From an uncultured Verrucomicrobiae bacterium (GTDB taxonomy: Bacteria; Verrucomicrobiota; Verrucomicrobiia; Chthoniobacterales; JAFAMB01): a stretch of DNA of 64,000 bases. The stretch is taken from positions 864,001 through 928,000 of the forward strand of contig CAWIPH010000002.1 of NCBI GenBank assembly GCA_963837955.1, in the 5' to 3' direction. The translations under genes and the position numbers were made by a program. Below the pieces are notes generated by a model, which saw only the letters and a program-made list of their open reading frames with translations, was not told where the DNA came from and searched no databases. How positions within the stretch are numbered: the first letter of the stretch is position 1; each line of letters starts with the position of its first letter. Of the stretch, positions 29,024 to 38,813 are shown piece by piece.

Positions 29024-30148
29024 ATGGATACGCCTGGTCCTGAAGAATTCGCCGAGATCGAAAGTTGCGGAGGCACTTACAAGCTGATCAAACAACCCGA
29101 CGGCGTCGCCATGAGCATCAGTTTTACCGGAGCTGGTGCAGGTCTTTTGCAAATGGGGATCGCCCTAGATGGTCAGCACCTAGAGTTTTGGCCAGTACTC
29201 GGAATCGATCAACGTCCTCGCAAAGATCCAGCACCGATGGTTCCGGCGTTTTTACCGACGGACAAACTTGGGCTTTACGGTCGTCAGTGCCCGGATTGTC
29301 AAACCTACTTTCGCACAAATGGGATCGCCCAAGTAATGCAGTGTCCCTATTGCGCTATACGGGCTCCGTTGGAAGCATTCACCACGAAGAACCAAGCGGA
29401 TTTTCTAAACCGGCAACGAGAATTGTGGATCACCGCGTTCGATGGGGGCGACGATATTACAATCGACCTCGACCAAATCGCAAGAGAACTACCGCAAAAT
29501 CGGCCAAACTGGATACCTCGGGAACAAGCGCAACAATTTCTGTTCCGCTGCGAGAAGTGTGACAATACTACAGACATACTGGGCGAATACGGCGCTTGCC
29601 CGAGATGCGGCTACCGGAACAGTCTCACGGTCCTGAAGAAGCACTTGAAAGTTCTCGACCAGGAATTCAAGCAGGCGGAAGCCGTACTCAAAGACAAGTT
29701 CGACCGTGGCCAAAAATGGCAATCTTTGCTGCCAAGATACGTTTCTATGTTCGAAGCGATGGCCGGAGACATTCACTCCCAACTCCTACGGTTACCGATG
29801 GTGCCCAAGCGCCGGGAAGAAGTAGAACGCCTTAGCTTCCAGCAAATCAGACGGGCAAACGAAGCGCTTCAAAAGTGCTTCGGCATAGACATCTTCGCGG
29901 GCTTGAAAGATGACGATCAAACATTCCTAAATCGTGAGTTCAACCGCCGGCATCTCATCGTACACAAGGGTGGAAGGGTTGACGAAGAGTACATTCAAAA
30001 AACCGGCGATAACTCCTTAAAGCTCAACCAAACGATCAGAATCCGCAGTGAGGAGATTCCTCGACTGTCTAGACTCGTCCTTCAATGCGCGGAGAACCTT
30101 TTTGAGCAGTTCAATAGCATCACATCTTTAAAGTCTCGCCCTAACTAG
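29024..30148 (+). CDS. Hypothetical protein with four CxxC motifs and a C-terminal HEPN-like RxxxxH domain
   Basis: CPDC, CPYC, CEKC, CPRC; FNRRHLIVHKGGRVDEEY. Confidence 0.75.
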   Translation: MDTPGPEEFAEIESCGGTYKLIKQPDGVAMSISFTGAGAGLLQMGIALDGQHLEFWPVLGIDQRPRKDPAPMVPAFLPTDKLGLYGRQCPDCQTYFRTNGIAQVMQCPYCAIRAPLEAFTTKNQADFLNRQRELWITAFDGGDDITIDLDQIARELPQNRPNWIPREQAQQFLFRCEKCDNTTDILGEYGACPRCGYRNSLTVLKKHLKVLDQEFKQAEAVLKDKFDRGQKWQSLLPRYVSMFEAMAGDIHSQLLRLPMVPKRREEVERLSFQQIRRANEALQKCFGIDIFAGLKDDDQTFLNREFNRRHLIVHKGGRVDEEYIQKTGDNSLKLNQTIRIRSEEIPRLSRLVLQCAENLFEQFNSITSLKSRPN

Positions 30149-30388
30149 CTAAAGCCCAACAAAACTCAAGGTCGACATTGACGCGCTCGCGACCTGGGTT
30201 GCGGCGATTCGCAAGCGACGGGGCTAGGACATAGATAGAGATCGAGCCTTGCCAATTGAACTGAACGCCTTCCCGCTGAAGCGTGCCTTAAATAGAGCGG
30301 AAAATTCACCTCAAAAATTTGGAAACTCAAAGTGTCATTTTCCACGCTATTTGAGGTGAAATTTTCCACGATATTTTGATGTACTCAC

Positions 30389-30721
30389 TCAATGCGCCTG
30401 GCAGGCCGCTCCCCACTCGCAAAGTCCAAGCAGCAACGGCCGGAGGCTCTCACCGTGCTCCGTCAGCGAATACTCCACCTTGGGAGGCACTTGACGGTAG
30501 ACTTCCCGGTGGATCACCCCATCAGCCTCCAACTCACGCAACTGGTTGGTCAGCGCCTGCTGAGTTGCCCGCACTGGCAACAGGCGGCGTAACTCGCCGA
30601 AGCGCAACGTGCCCTTAGCAACGAGATGATAGAGAATGACCCCCTTCCATTTGCCGCCGATCACGTCAAAAGCCGCTTCAACGGGGCATGCGTGATCACT
30701 AGGCAAGCTGCGTTTCTTCAT
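30389..30721 (-). CDS. HxlR family winged-helix regulator
   Basis: [34 protein letters not shown]. Confidence 0.93.
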   Translation of the reverse strand: MKKRSLPSDHACPVEAAFDVIGGKWKGVILYHLVAKGTLRFGELRRLLPVRATQQALTNQLRELEADGVIHREVYRQVPPKVEYSLTEHGESLRPLLLGLCEWGAACQAH

Positions 30722-30886
30722 GGCCGTCAAAAAACACCTTTATGGCCCGTCCGTCCAGGGTGGGCCGGAACGATCGCACCGTAGTCTAGTTTTTGTGAGT
30801 ATCTCATAAACTTATGCCTACTTGCCGGTGGTGAAAGGCACGGTAGGCTTAATCGTAGTTGCTTATTTACCGAGTGATTTACCTCC

Positions 30887-31651
30887 ATGAAACGGCACGG
30901 CCAGCACCCCTCCCAAACCCACAGCACAGCGAACCTATTCCGCTCGAAGTTTGACCGGCGGGCCTTCCTGCGGTTGGGCGCGGCAGGCACCTTCGGGAGT
31001 TTGCCTCTCCGGAACGCCAAGGAAGAACCACCTACCATGAACACTGTGACGAAGACACGCCGCCGGAGCAGCGCCGCGCTCTGCCTACTCCTGCTCGCAC
31101 CAGCAGTCGCGCTTGCCCAGCAAGCGCCATCGGCGGCCACGCGCCTGAACGAGCTAGGGCCAGAGAACTCACAACTCGCCCAGCGAGCAGGAACTTGGGA
31201 CGTCACCGAGACAGTCTGGGACGGGCCCAAAGCCGCTCCGGTGGTGACAACAGGTCTGGTCGCCGAACGCCGAATAATCGGGTCGCTGCTCCAGGAAGAA
31301 ATCCGTCCGCCCGCGGACGCCTCCGGCAAAGACATCATGCGCATGGATCTGTTGACTTTCAACCGGGTGGAGGGCCGTTGGGATTACGTCTCGTTCGACA
31401 TCCGCGCTCCTGTCGGACTCATGCCGGCCTGGAGTTCCGTACGCGGTGATGGCGCCACCATCGACCTCACCTTCGCGCCTTTCGCGGTTGCCGGCCCCGG
31501 CACGGAGGTCACGGGCCAGTTGCTGCGGATGGAGCAGGTCATCAAGTACGAGGGACCCGATCGGGAGGTGAAGGATCAGTACTTCATGTTGGCTGACGGC
31601 ACCGGCACCAAATGGCTCGCGCATCGGTACGCCTATGTTCGTCGGCCTTGA
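30887..31651 (+). CDS. Exported DUF1579-like protein (start may be 31037)
   Basis: Signal peptide ending ALA; LGPENSQLAQRAGTWDVTET; beta-rich. Confidence 0.6.
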   Translation: MKRHGQHPSQTHSTANLFRSKFDRRAFLRLGAAGTFGSLPLRNAKEEPPTMNTVTKTRRRSSAALCLLLLAPAVALAQQAPSAATRLNELGPENSQLAQRAGTWDVTETVWDGPKAAPVVTTGLVAERRIIGSLLQEEIRPPADASGKDIMRMDLLTFNRVEGRWDYVSFDIRAPVGLMPAWSSVRGDGATIDLTFAPFAVAGPGTEVTGQLLRMEQVIKYEGPDREVKDQYFMLADGTGTKWLAHRYAYVRRP

Positions 31652-31849
31652 AGTTCCATTTCCGGAGAACGGGTTGCATATGACACGAGATGGTGGCTTC
31701 GCGTTGATCACCGGCGAAAGCAAAGGGAACGCTCAGGCGCCTGACATGGCGGCGCGAAGGTGACGCCGCAAAAACTGCTGCTGGAACAGCTCTTGGGGAG
31801 TTTTTCAGAAAACAATGGAGCGCTGTTGCGTCGGTTCCTGCGCCGCTTT

Positions 31850-32013
31850 CAATACGCCGCGAGTGTTCCTGCCTCGCCCAATGCGAGCGCAATAGCTTTG
31901 CCAATCCCTGAGCTGCCACCTGTTACGATGGCCTTCTGACCGGCGAGCAGCTCCGGAATCGTGGCACTAGGCGGCGTGGGTTCGTCGGACTCAGCAGTCA
32001 TAGTTCGACTCAT
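31850..32013 (-). pseudogene. SDR oxidoreductase 5' fragment
   Basis: Minus strand reads ...LLAGQKAIVTGGSSGIGKAIALALGEAG and then stops. Confidence 0.65.
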
Positions 32014-32190
32014 ATTTCACAGCAAGAAATGTCGAGAGGTGGGACAGTTTTTTTGTTTGTAACGAGAAAGGTTCGTCCACTCGGCGATGCGGGCTAAGAC
32101 TTGTTTCCTTCGCTGAGCATGTCGAAAGAGTTATGCTCGCCGCGTCGGCGGCTGCATGGGATTAGGGCGACGCGATCGCCCTTCGAGATC

Positions 32191-33096
32191 CTACTTCGAC
32201 TTTTTTTGCGCGACGGAATCTTTGACGCATTTCCAAAACTTCTCCGCCGCCGGACTAAGTCGTTCTTTCCGTGCGGCGATTCCGAAGATGGTTACTTCAG
32301 GATTTGGAACAACCCGCAGAAGCTTGACGCGCGTTCCCGCCGTGTCAGCGAACACGTCGGGGACCAGCGCTACTCCCGTACCCGCTACGATGGCTGCAAG
32401 CAGGCTCGAAGCGCCCTCGTGCTCTTCGACAATGCGGAGCTTGGTTTTGACCGTGGCAAAGGTGCGCTTCAGAAAACTGTGATAGGAGGGATACTCTTCG
32501 CGCGAATAAGCGACGAATGGCTCGCGCGCCGCGTCCCGGAGTGACACGGAGTCACGTTGCGCCAGTGGGTGCGTCAGCGAGACGGCGAGACGTGCGTGGG
32601 AGCGGACTAATCCTTCGAGGCGCAAGTTGTGAAGCGGGCCGAGCCTGGGTATCCAACCAATGAAGGCTAGCTGCAATTGTCCGTCGAGCAAACCGGCGAT
32701 GCATTCATCGTTTGTTAAGTCGTGAAGCTTGATGTGGACCTTGGGTATCGTCCGCCGGCAGCCGCGCAGAATCATTGGCAAGATGCGCGCAGTCGGCGAC
32801 GGCTGATAGCCGATATGCAGTTCCGTTTCGCCACCGTCCGCAACCGCGCGGGCTTCCTTTATCGCCTCGTCGGCCAGTTGCAGCAAAGTGCGGGCATGTT
32901 TCAGAAAAGTGCGTCCGGCACGCGTTAGGTGAACCGACTTGCCCGTGCGCTCAAACAAGGCAAAAGCCATCTCATCTTCAAGGTTACGAATCTGCTTGCT
33001 CAATGCAGGCTGCGAGACGTGAAGCTTCGCGGCGGCTCGCGAAACGTTTTCCGTCTCTGCCACTCTCACGAAATACCGTAGATGGCGCAGTTCCAT
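32191..33096 (-). CDS. LysR family transcriptional regulator
   Basis: MELRHLRYF, LHVSQPALSKQIRNLE. Confidence 0.93.
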   Translation of the reverse strand: MELRHLRYFVRVAETENVSRAAAKLHVSQPALSKQIRNLEDEMAFALFERTGKSVHLTRAGRTFLKHARTLLQLADEAIKEARAVADGGETELHIGYQPSPTARILPMILRGCRRTIPKVHIKLHDLTNDECIAGLLDGQLQLAFIGWIPRLGPLHNLRLEGLVRSHARLAVSLTHPLAQRDSVSLRDAAREPFVAYSREEYPSYHSFLKRTFATVKTKLRIVEEHEGASSLLAAIVAGTGVALVPDVFADTAGTRVKLLRVVPNPEVTIFGIAARKERLSPAAEKFWKCVKDSVAQKKSK

Positions 33097-33210
33097 AGTC
33101 GCAGGCGAGTATGCCGAAAAGTTATGCTGAGCGAAGAAAAATCGTCTTTCACAAGGGCGCAGCATCGGCGTGACGGTTCCACATGAAGACAAAAATACGA
33201 AAGAGAAGCC

Positions 33211-33504
33211 ATGGGAAAGCTTGAAGGTAAGGTTGCCGTCATCACGGGCGGGTCGAGCGGTATGGCGCTAGCTGCTGCCCAATTGTTTGTCGCTGAAGGA
33301 GCGTATGTTTTCATCACGGGTCGGAAAAAGGCCGCTCTGGATGAAGCGGTGAAACTCATCGGTCGGAATGTCACCGGCGTTCAGGCTGATTCTTCCAAGT
33401 TGAATGACTTGGACCGCTTGTTTGAAACGGTTAAGAGGGAAAAGGGCAAGATCGACGTCCTGCACGCAAGCGCTGGCGCGGGCCTCCGAGATGAGTCTTG
33501 GTAA
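33211..33504 (+). pseudogene. Truncated SDR oxidoreductase
   Basis: ITGGSSGMA...GKIDVL and then similarity is lost; no YxxxK. Confidence 0.85.
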
Positions 33505-33918
33505 TGAAGAAATTATTAGAAAACTCTACGCTGCCGGAGAGGGTTCAGGAATGGATACCGAGAAGTTTGTCTCCTTTTTCTCGAAGGAAGGATACATGTA
33601 CGACGTTCCTTCCGGCACAAAGTTTCGCGGGAAGGCCATTGGTGACTCTATTGCCGCCCTCGCAAAAGCATTTCCTGATGTCCACCGTGAGTTATTGAGC
33701 GTCTACGTCGCGGAGAAGTCGTCGTCGTCGAGCTTAGAATTCGGGGAACGCATGAAGGTGAGCTGGCCCTTGGTTCTAAAACTATAGCTCCCACGGGCAA
33801 GGCAATAGATGTCCCGTGTGTCGATGTTTTTCGCCTCGAGAGTGGAAAGGTCATATCCTTTAATTGCTACAATTTGCCTTCCGTAATGCAGCAACAACTT
33901 GGCCTTGTCAGCAGCTGA
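33491..33918 (+). pseudogene. SnoaL/ester-cyclase (NTF2-like) gene with a 1-nt frameshift
   Basis: AFPDVHREL, then a frame change near 33717, then VVVVELRIRGTHEGEL...PTGKAIDVPCVDVFRL. Confidence 0.75.
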
Positions 33919-34045
33919 GCAGGCCCGGGATGACGTCACAACCTTGTTCGAATTCGGCGAACTCGACGCCTATGTCAGCTTTGTAGAAAAAGCGTAGATC
34001 CCACATTTTCAAAATAACGAAGAACAAAAACAAAGAAGAAAATAT

Positions 34046-34810
34046 ATGAGTAATAATCACGGACAACAATTGGCGGGAAAAATTGCGGTAATCACAGGCG
34101 GAAACAGCGGGATTGGCTTGGCCACAGCCAAGCGCTTCGTGGAAGAAGGTGCCCACGTCGTGATCACTGGCCGACGAGAGAAAGACCTGAAAGAAGCTGC
34201 GGCCTCTATTGGGAGAAACGTGACGACGGTCGCAGGCGACGTCTCGAACCTGGAAGATCTCGACCGTCTCTATGCTGTTGTGAAAGAGAAGCATGGTCAA
34301 ATCGACATTCTCTTTGCGAACGCAGGCGCAGGGACAGTCGCGCCGCTTGCAACGGCGACCGAGTCTCATTTCGACAAGACCTTCGACGTGAACGTGAAGG
34401 GGTTATTCTTTACCGTGCAAAAAGCTCTTCCCCTTTTCAAAGATGGCGGCTCGATTATCCTGAACGCTTCGGTCGCAAACGTAATGGGTGTGCCAACCTT
34501 TACCGCCTACGCCGCTAGCAAGGCAGCCGTGCGCAGCTTCGCTCGCGGCTGGACGATGGAGCTAAAGGATCGCAAGATTCGTGTGAATTCGATGAGTCCT
34601 GGCCCAATCGAAACTCCGGCTTTGGAGAACGCGGGCCTCACCGCTGAACAGGCAGAACAGGCGGCAGCTCAGTTCGCCTCGCAAGTTCCGCTCGGCCGCA
34701 GAGGCAAGCCCGAGGAAATCGCATCCGCCGTCGTGTTCCTCGCCTCCGACGAAAGTTCTTTCATCACCGGCGTGGATCTCGCCGTCGATGGGGGCATGGC
34801 GCAGGTCTGA
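34046..34810 (+). CDS. SDR family oxidoreductase
   Basis: TGGNSGIG, NAG, YAASK, SPGPIET. Confidence 0.95.
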   Translation: MSNNHGQQLAGKIAVITGGNSGIGLATAKRFVEEGAHVVITGRREKDLKEAAASIGRNVTTVAGDVSNLEDLDRLYAVVKEKHGQIDILFANAGAGTVAPLATATESHFDKTFDVNVKGLFFTVQKALPLFKDGGSIILNASVANVMGVPTFTAYAASKAAVRSFARGWTMELKDRKIRVNSMSPGPIETPALENAGLTAEQAEQAAAQFASQVPLGRRGKPEEIASAVVFLASDESSFITGVDLAVDGGMAQV

Positions 34811-34865
34811 CCTCGACGCGGTCGCTTCTCGAACTTTAGTTCTAACACGAGATCGGAGAAATATT

Positions 34866-35465
34866 ATGAGCTATGCAATTGTAGGATTCGGAAAGATAGG
34901 CCAAGCCCTCGCCCACGCCTTCGCCCGTAAAAATATTGACGTGGCCGTCGCGAGCCGCCGACCGCCTGAGGCGTTGGCTCTCCAGGCTCGTGCGATTGGA
35001 CCCACGGTCGTCGCCAAGTCGCTGCGGGATGCACTCGAGGCAGACACAATCATCTTGGCGGTCCCGTTCGAGGAGCATCGCCAGGTCGCGAAGGCCCTGC
35101 CGAGCTGGAAAGGCAAGACGGTCATCGACGCGATGAACGCGTTAGTTCCCCTTGAGGAGCTGGACGGTCTCCCGTCCTCCGCCTTCGTCGCGAAGTCGTT
35201 CACTGGCGCTAAGTTCGTGAAAGGTTTCAATCACCTGGTTGCGGCCACCTTGGCTACCGATCCGGTCGTCGAGGGGGGCCACCGGGTGGTCTTTCTGTCG
35301 AGCGACGACGAGGACGCGACCGGTCCCGTGGCCGCCTTGGCCAAACAACTCGGGTTCGCACCCGTTAAGCTGGGAAAGCTCAACGAGGGTGGCTGGCTGG
35401 TGCACGCACGCGGTCGCACTTGGGGCCCGCTGATCTTCCAGGACCTATTCAAGAAGGAGCAGTAA
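34866..35465 (+). CDS. NADPH-dependent F420 reductase-like oxidoreductase
   Basis: GFGKIG, ILAVPF, IDAMN, VKGFNHL. Confidence 0.85.
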   Translation: MSYAIVGFGKIGQALAHAFARKNIDVAVASRRPPEALALQARAIGPTVVAKSLRDALEADTIILAVPFEEHRQVAKALPSWKGKTVIDAMNALVPLEELDGLPSSAFVAKSFTGAKFVKGFNHLVAATLATDPVVEGGHRVVFLSSDDEDATGPVAALAKQLGFAPVKLGKLNEGGWLVHARGRTWGPLIFQDLFKKEQ

Positions 35466-35561
35466 TGGATCTACGACCGTATGAGTTGGCCCAAGAAGTA
35501 CGATTCCAAACGTCCGATTAGATCGGACACAATTCGATGTAACTGAAGTGGAGGAATTTCA

Positions 35562-35957
35562 ATGAGCACACAAGAGAATGTCAAGACTGTGAAGGACTTT
35601 TTTGCATCAATGCGCAGCGGCGATATGCAGACTCTGCTAGCGTTGTGTGCCGAAGACATTGAATGGATTATTCCGGGCGAGGGCTGGCCGCTGGCCGGTA
35701 CGTACCGTGGGCACGCGGGATTAGCGGATTTGCTTGAGAAGTCCGAGATGATGGAAACTTCAACAGAGCCCCGCGAATTCGTAGCGCAAGGAGACCGGGT
35801 TCTGGTCGTCGGCTTCGCTAGTGGGAAGGTCATAGCCACGAATAAGAAGTTCAAGGACGATTGGGTCTTCGCTATCACCGTTCGAAATGGCAAACTAACG
35901 AACATCCGGGAGTATATCGACACGCAAGCACTCGCGCGGGCCTCCGAGACGGCGTGA
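35562..35957 (+). CDS. NTF2/ketosteroid isomerase-like protein
   Basis: EDIEWIIPG, REYIDTQAL. Confidence 0.88.
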   Translation: MSTQENVKTVKDFFASMRSGDMQTLLALCAEDIEWIIPGEGWPLAGTYRGHAGLADLLEKSEMMETSTEPREFVAQGDRVLVVGFASGKVIATNKKFKDDWVFAITVRNGKLTNIREYIDTQALARASETA

Positions 35958-36065
35958 GCCGCAGGCCCTGAACAGCGGCAACGCTTTGCCGAGGGACAAA
36001 TGGACGTTAAGCAACGGCTCCAAGAATTGATAATAATAAAAGAAAGGCACGATGATGCCCAATAA

Positions 36066-36299
36066 GGGGTGCGCGCACGAAACGGAAAATAAAGCACGGT
36101 AAGGAGCGAAATCTCCTCGTGGATGAGAGTGCGAACGTTGGTCAGCAAGGCTAAATCCTGCGCAACAAGGCAGCCGGTGTGTCCCATGCCAGTCGTCACA
36201 TAAAACGAGCTGTAATCGAATTCTGGAGCGTTTTCTTTTCGTTGAATAATCCTTGGAAGGCCTAGACGTACTTTATTTTCCGTTTCGTGTGCGGACCCC
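36066..36299. mobile_element. 234-bp Tn3-type miniature element, copy 2 (direct repeat of copy 1)
   Basis: Identical to 27663-27896 by visual alignment; flanks AATAA and TATTA. Confidence 0.92.
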
Positions 36300-36320
36300 T
36301 ATTACAGGCCGCTCTGAATG

Positions 36321-37559
36321 TCATCCGTTCGATTTTGTGTTAACTCCAAAGGCGCGTTCAATAATATCCGCCGCCGTGGCGAGACCATTCCTCTTACTAA
36401 TTATCTCTTGAAACTTGCGAGCGTTTTCACGGTAGATCGGGTGAGTCAGCACCTCTTCCAGAAGCGTTGCCAGGCGCTTCGATGTGAGATCAGCGAATGA
36501 TATGGTTACGCCTGTTTTTTTTGCGGCGATTCTCGCGGCGACTCCGGGTTGTTCAAACGTTACCGGGATGGCTAGCTGTGGCACACCCTGCGCCAAAGAT
36601 TCAAGCACAGTGTTTAACCCGGCGTGGGTGATGCAAACTGAGGCTCGCTTAAGCAATTCCAATTGCGGCGCCCGGTTAACGATAATCGTATTGCTCGGCA
36701 CCGATCCGATCTCTTCAGGATCAAGATGGTCTCCAATGGAAAGAACCAGCTGCGTGCCTTTGTGCATCGCTACGCCGGCGGCAATGGTACGGAATACGTC
36801 AGCCCGGCCATTCAGTATGGTGCCCATTGATGCATAAATCAGCGGTTCACCGGTGAGTCTGTCCCAAGGAAAATTCACATTGGGCCGACCCGTGCCATCA
36901 TGAAATGGTCCGGTGTAATGAAATTGCGATGGTAGTAGAGGGTGTTCGAAGTCGAACTCCTTTGGAATTTGCGTGATATAAGCTAGCTCGGAAAATACCC
37001 AGGAGGGATGATCCAAGTCGGTCTTGAAGCCGAGCTCTCGGGCATAGGCCTTCGTCCCCTCGTTGTAATATAATTTGGCTGCTTTAGTTGTAGCTTCTAG
37101 ATTTCTCGCGAGTGCTTCCGGCGTGGTCTCGTGTGGCCAATCGAAAATACCGTGCGGAGTATAACCGGAAAAGTCGAGATAAAGCGCGGTGGCTACCGTG
37201 ACGTATGGGATGCGCAATTTCATCGCCGCTAATTCAACGAAGAATTGGATCGGATCTAGAACGAGCGCTTCGACTCCTGTCTTTTCAAGCATTCTTGGCA
37301 GAGACCTGAAAATTACCTCCGTTTCCTTTGCCGCGATACCGCAATAGAATTCTAGAGCGCTCATCCCCTCCAGCTTGCTGATCTCAGGCCGATTTGCGTT
37401 CATGTCGTCGGGCTTCTCTCCCTGAATACATGGCAAACCATTGGCACTCGCTGAATAGAGAAATACCACTTCGTGGTCGCGAGCCTGAAGCTGCCTCGCC
37501 AGCGCACTCATCGGATTAATGTGACCGGGCAAATTGGGACAGATAAAACCTATTTTCAT
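36321..37559 (-). CDS. GT1 UDP-glycosyltransferase, MGT/CrtX-like
   Basis: PGHINPM, YASMGT, APQLELL, ITHAGLNTVLESL. Confidence 0.9.
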   Translation of the reverse strand: MKIGFICPNLPGHINPMSALARQLQARDHEVVFLYSASANGLPCIQGEKPDDMNANRPEISKLEGMSALEFYCGIAAKETEVIFRSLPRMLEKTGVEALVLDPIQFFVELAAMKLRIPYVTVATALYLDFSGYTPHGIFDWPHETTPEALARNLEATTKAAKLYYNEGTKAYARELGFKTDLDHPSWVFSELAYITQIPKEFDFEHPLLPSQFHYTGPFHDGTGRPNVNFPWDRLTGEPLIYASMGTILNGRADVFRTIAAGVAMHKGTQLVLSIGDHLDPEEIGSVPSNTIIVNRAPQLELLKRASVCITHAGLNTVLESLAQGVPQLAIPVTFEQPGVAARIAAKKTGVTISFADLTSKRLATLLEEVLTHPIYRENARKFQEIISKRNGLATAADIIERAFGVNTKSNG

Positions 37560-38015
37560 TTTATGCTAATTGTTGATGCAGGTACTAACCCACCGCATCT
37601 GTTAGGTGTAGACAGCAATAGATCCCGGCAACGAGAAATCAGCGGCTTTTTTGTCTCAGCTGTCGTAATCGATGATCCAACAAAGATTCTGCCTCACAGA
37701 AATTTTGGGCGCTCGACAAGCGGCGAAAAGGAGTCGATGAAACAGTTCACCAAATGAAGACTCTTTCGATGGATAAATCACCTTTCCTCGGCTGTTTGGT
37801 CGCCGGCTTACCTCGGGTTGAGGCTCTTACTAACACTTCGGGTATTAAGTTGAACATAGGAAAGAATGAGTCCTGCTCCTATGAGACCTACAGTTGCGAT
37901 GGTAACGGATGCGAATTAACCCGGCCGCAAAAGATAGCTTCTTTCGTGATGCCGGGCATCAAGGGATATTAACCAAGATACCGGTGAGGCTGGATAACAC
38001 GACTCGATTGCGGCA

Positions 38016-38756
38016 TCAGACGTCTACCATGCCCCCGCCGACGAAGAGCTCCGCCCCCGTGGTGAAGCTGGCGTCGGCGGCCAGGAACAGTGCCATTGCG
38101 GCTACCTCCTCCGGCTTTCCGATGCGGCCCAGCGGGATCCGCTGCTTCGAGCTTTCCAGCCAGCCGTCCAACTGCTCTTGGCTCAACCCGACCTTGCCGA
38201 AGATAGGCGTCTCGATGGGGCCGGGGCTGATAACGTTCACACGGATGTTGCGGGGGGCTAGCTCGGCGGCGAACGTCCGCGCCAACGAGCGCACCGCTGC
38301 CTTGCTAGCCGAGTAGACACTCATGCCCGGGCCGCCCTTCGATCCAGCGGTGGAACCCGTGAACAGGATCGCCCCACCATCAGGAATGGCGGGAGCCGCG
38401 TGCTTGACCATGAAGTAGAGGCCGCGGGCGTTGATGTTGAAAATGTAGTCGAAATGAGTCTCGTCCGCGACATCCAGCGTGGCGAACTTGCCGACGCCGG
38501 CGTTGACAAACAGCACGTTGATGCGGCCGTAGCGAGCCTTAATTTGATCCACAAGCCCCTTGGACGCTTGCGTATCGGCCTGATCGGCAACCAGCACCTC
38601 CACACCAGGCAGGGTAGGCTTAGCAGCTTGTACTGTCTTGGCGCTAGAGCCGGTGACGATCACGGTCGCGCCCTCGGCCTGGAACAAGCGGGCGGTTGCC
38701 GCCCCGATACCGGTGGTGCCCCCGGTTATGAGAACCACTTTTTTGTCAAGCTTCAT
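38016..38756 (-). CDS. SDR family oxidoreductase
   Basis: TGGTTGIG, YSASK, SPGPIET. Confidence 0.93.
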   Translation of the reverse strand: MKLDKKVVLITGGTTGIGAATARLFQAEGATVIVTGSSAKTVQAAKPTLPGVEVLVADQADTQASKGLVDQIKARYGRINVLFVNAGVGKFATLDVADETHFDYIFNINARGLYFMVKHAAPAIPDGGAILFTGSTAGSKGGPGMSVYSASKAAVRSLARTFAAELAPRNIRVNVISPGPIETPIFGKVGLSQEQLDGWLESSKQRIPLGRIGKPEEVAAMALFLAADASFTTGAELFVGGGMVDV

Positions 38757-38813
38757 ATTGATCTCCACGGATGCATGCGTCGTTGTGTGAACTTCCAATT
38801 CGCGCAGCTTCGA

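Noticed and set aside
36061..36304. Target duplication around miniature element copy 2
   Set aside because: Flanks AATAA and TATTA do not match directly or as reverse complements
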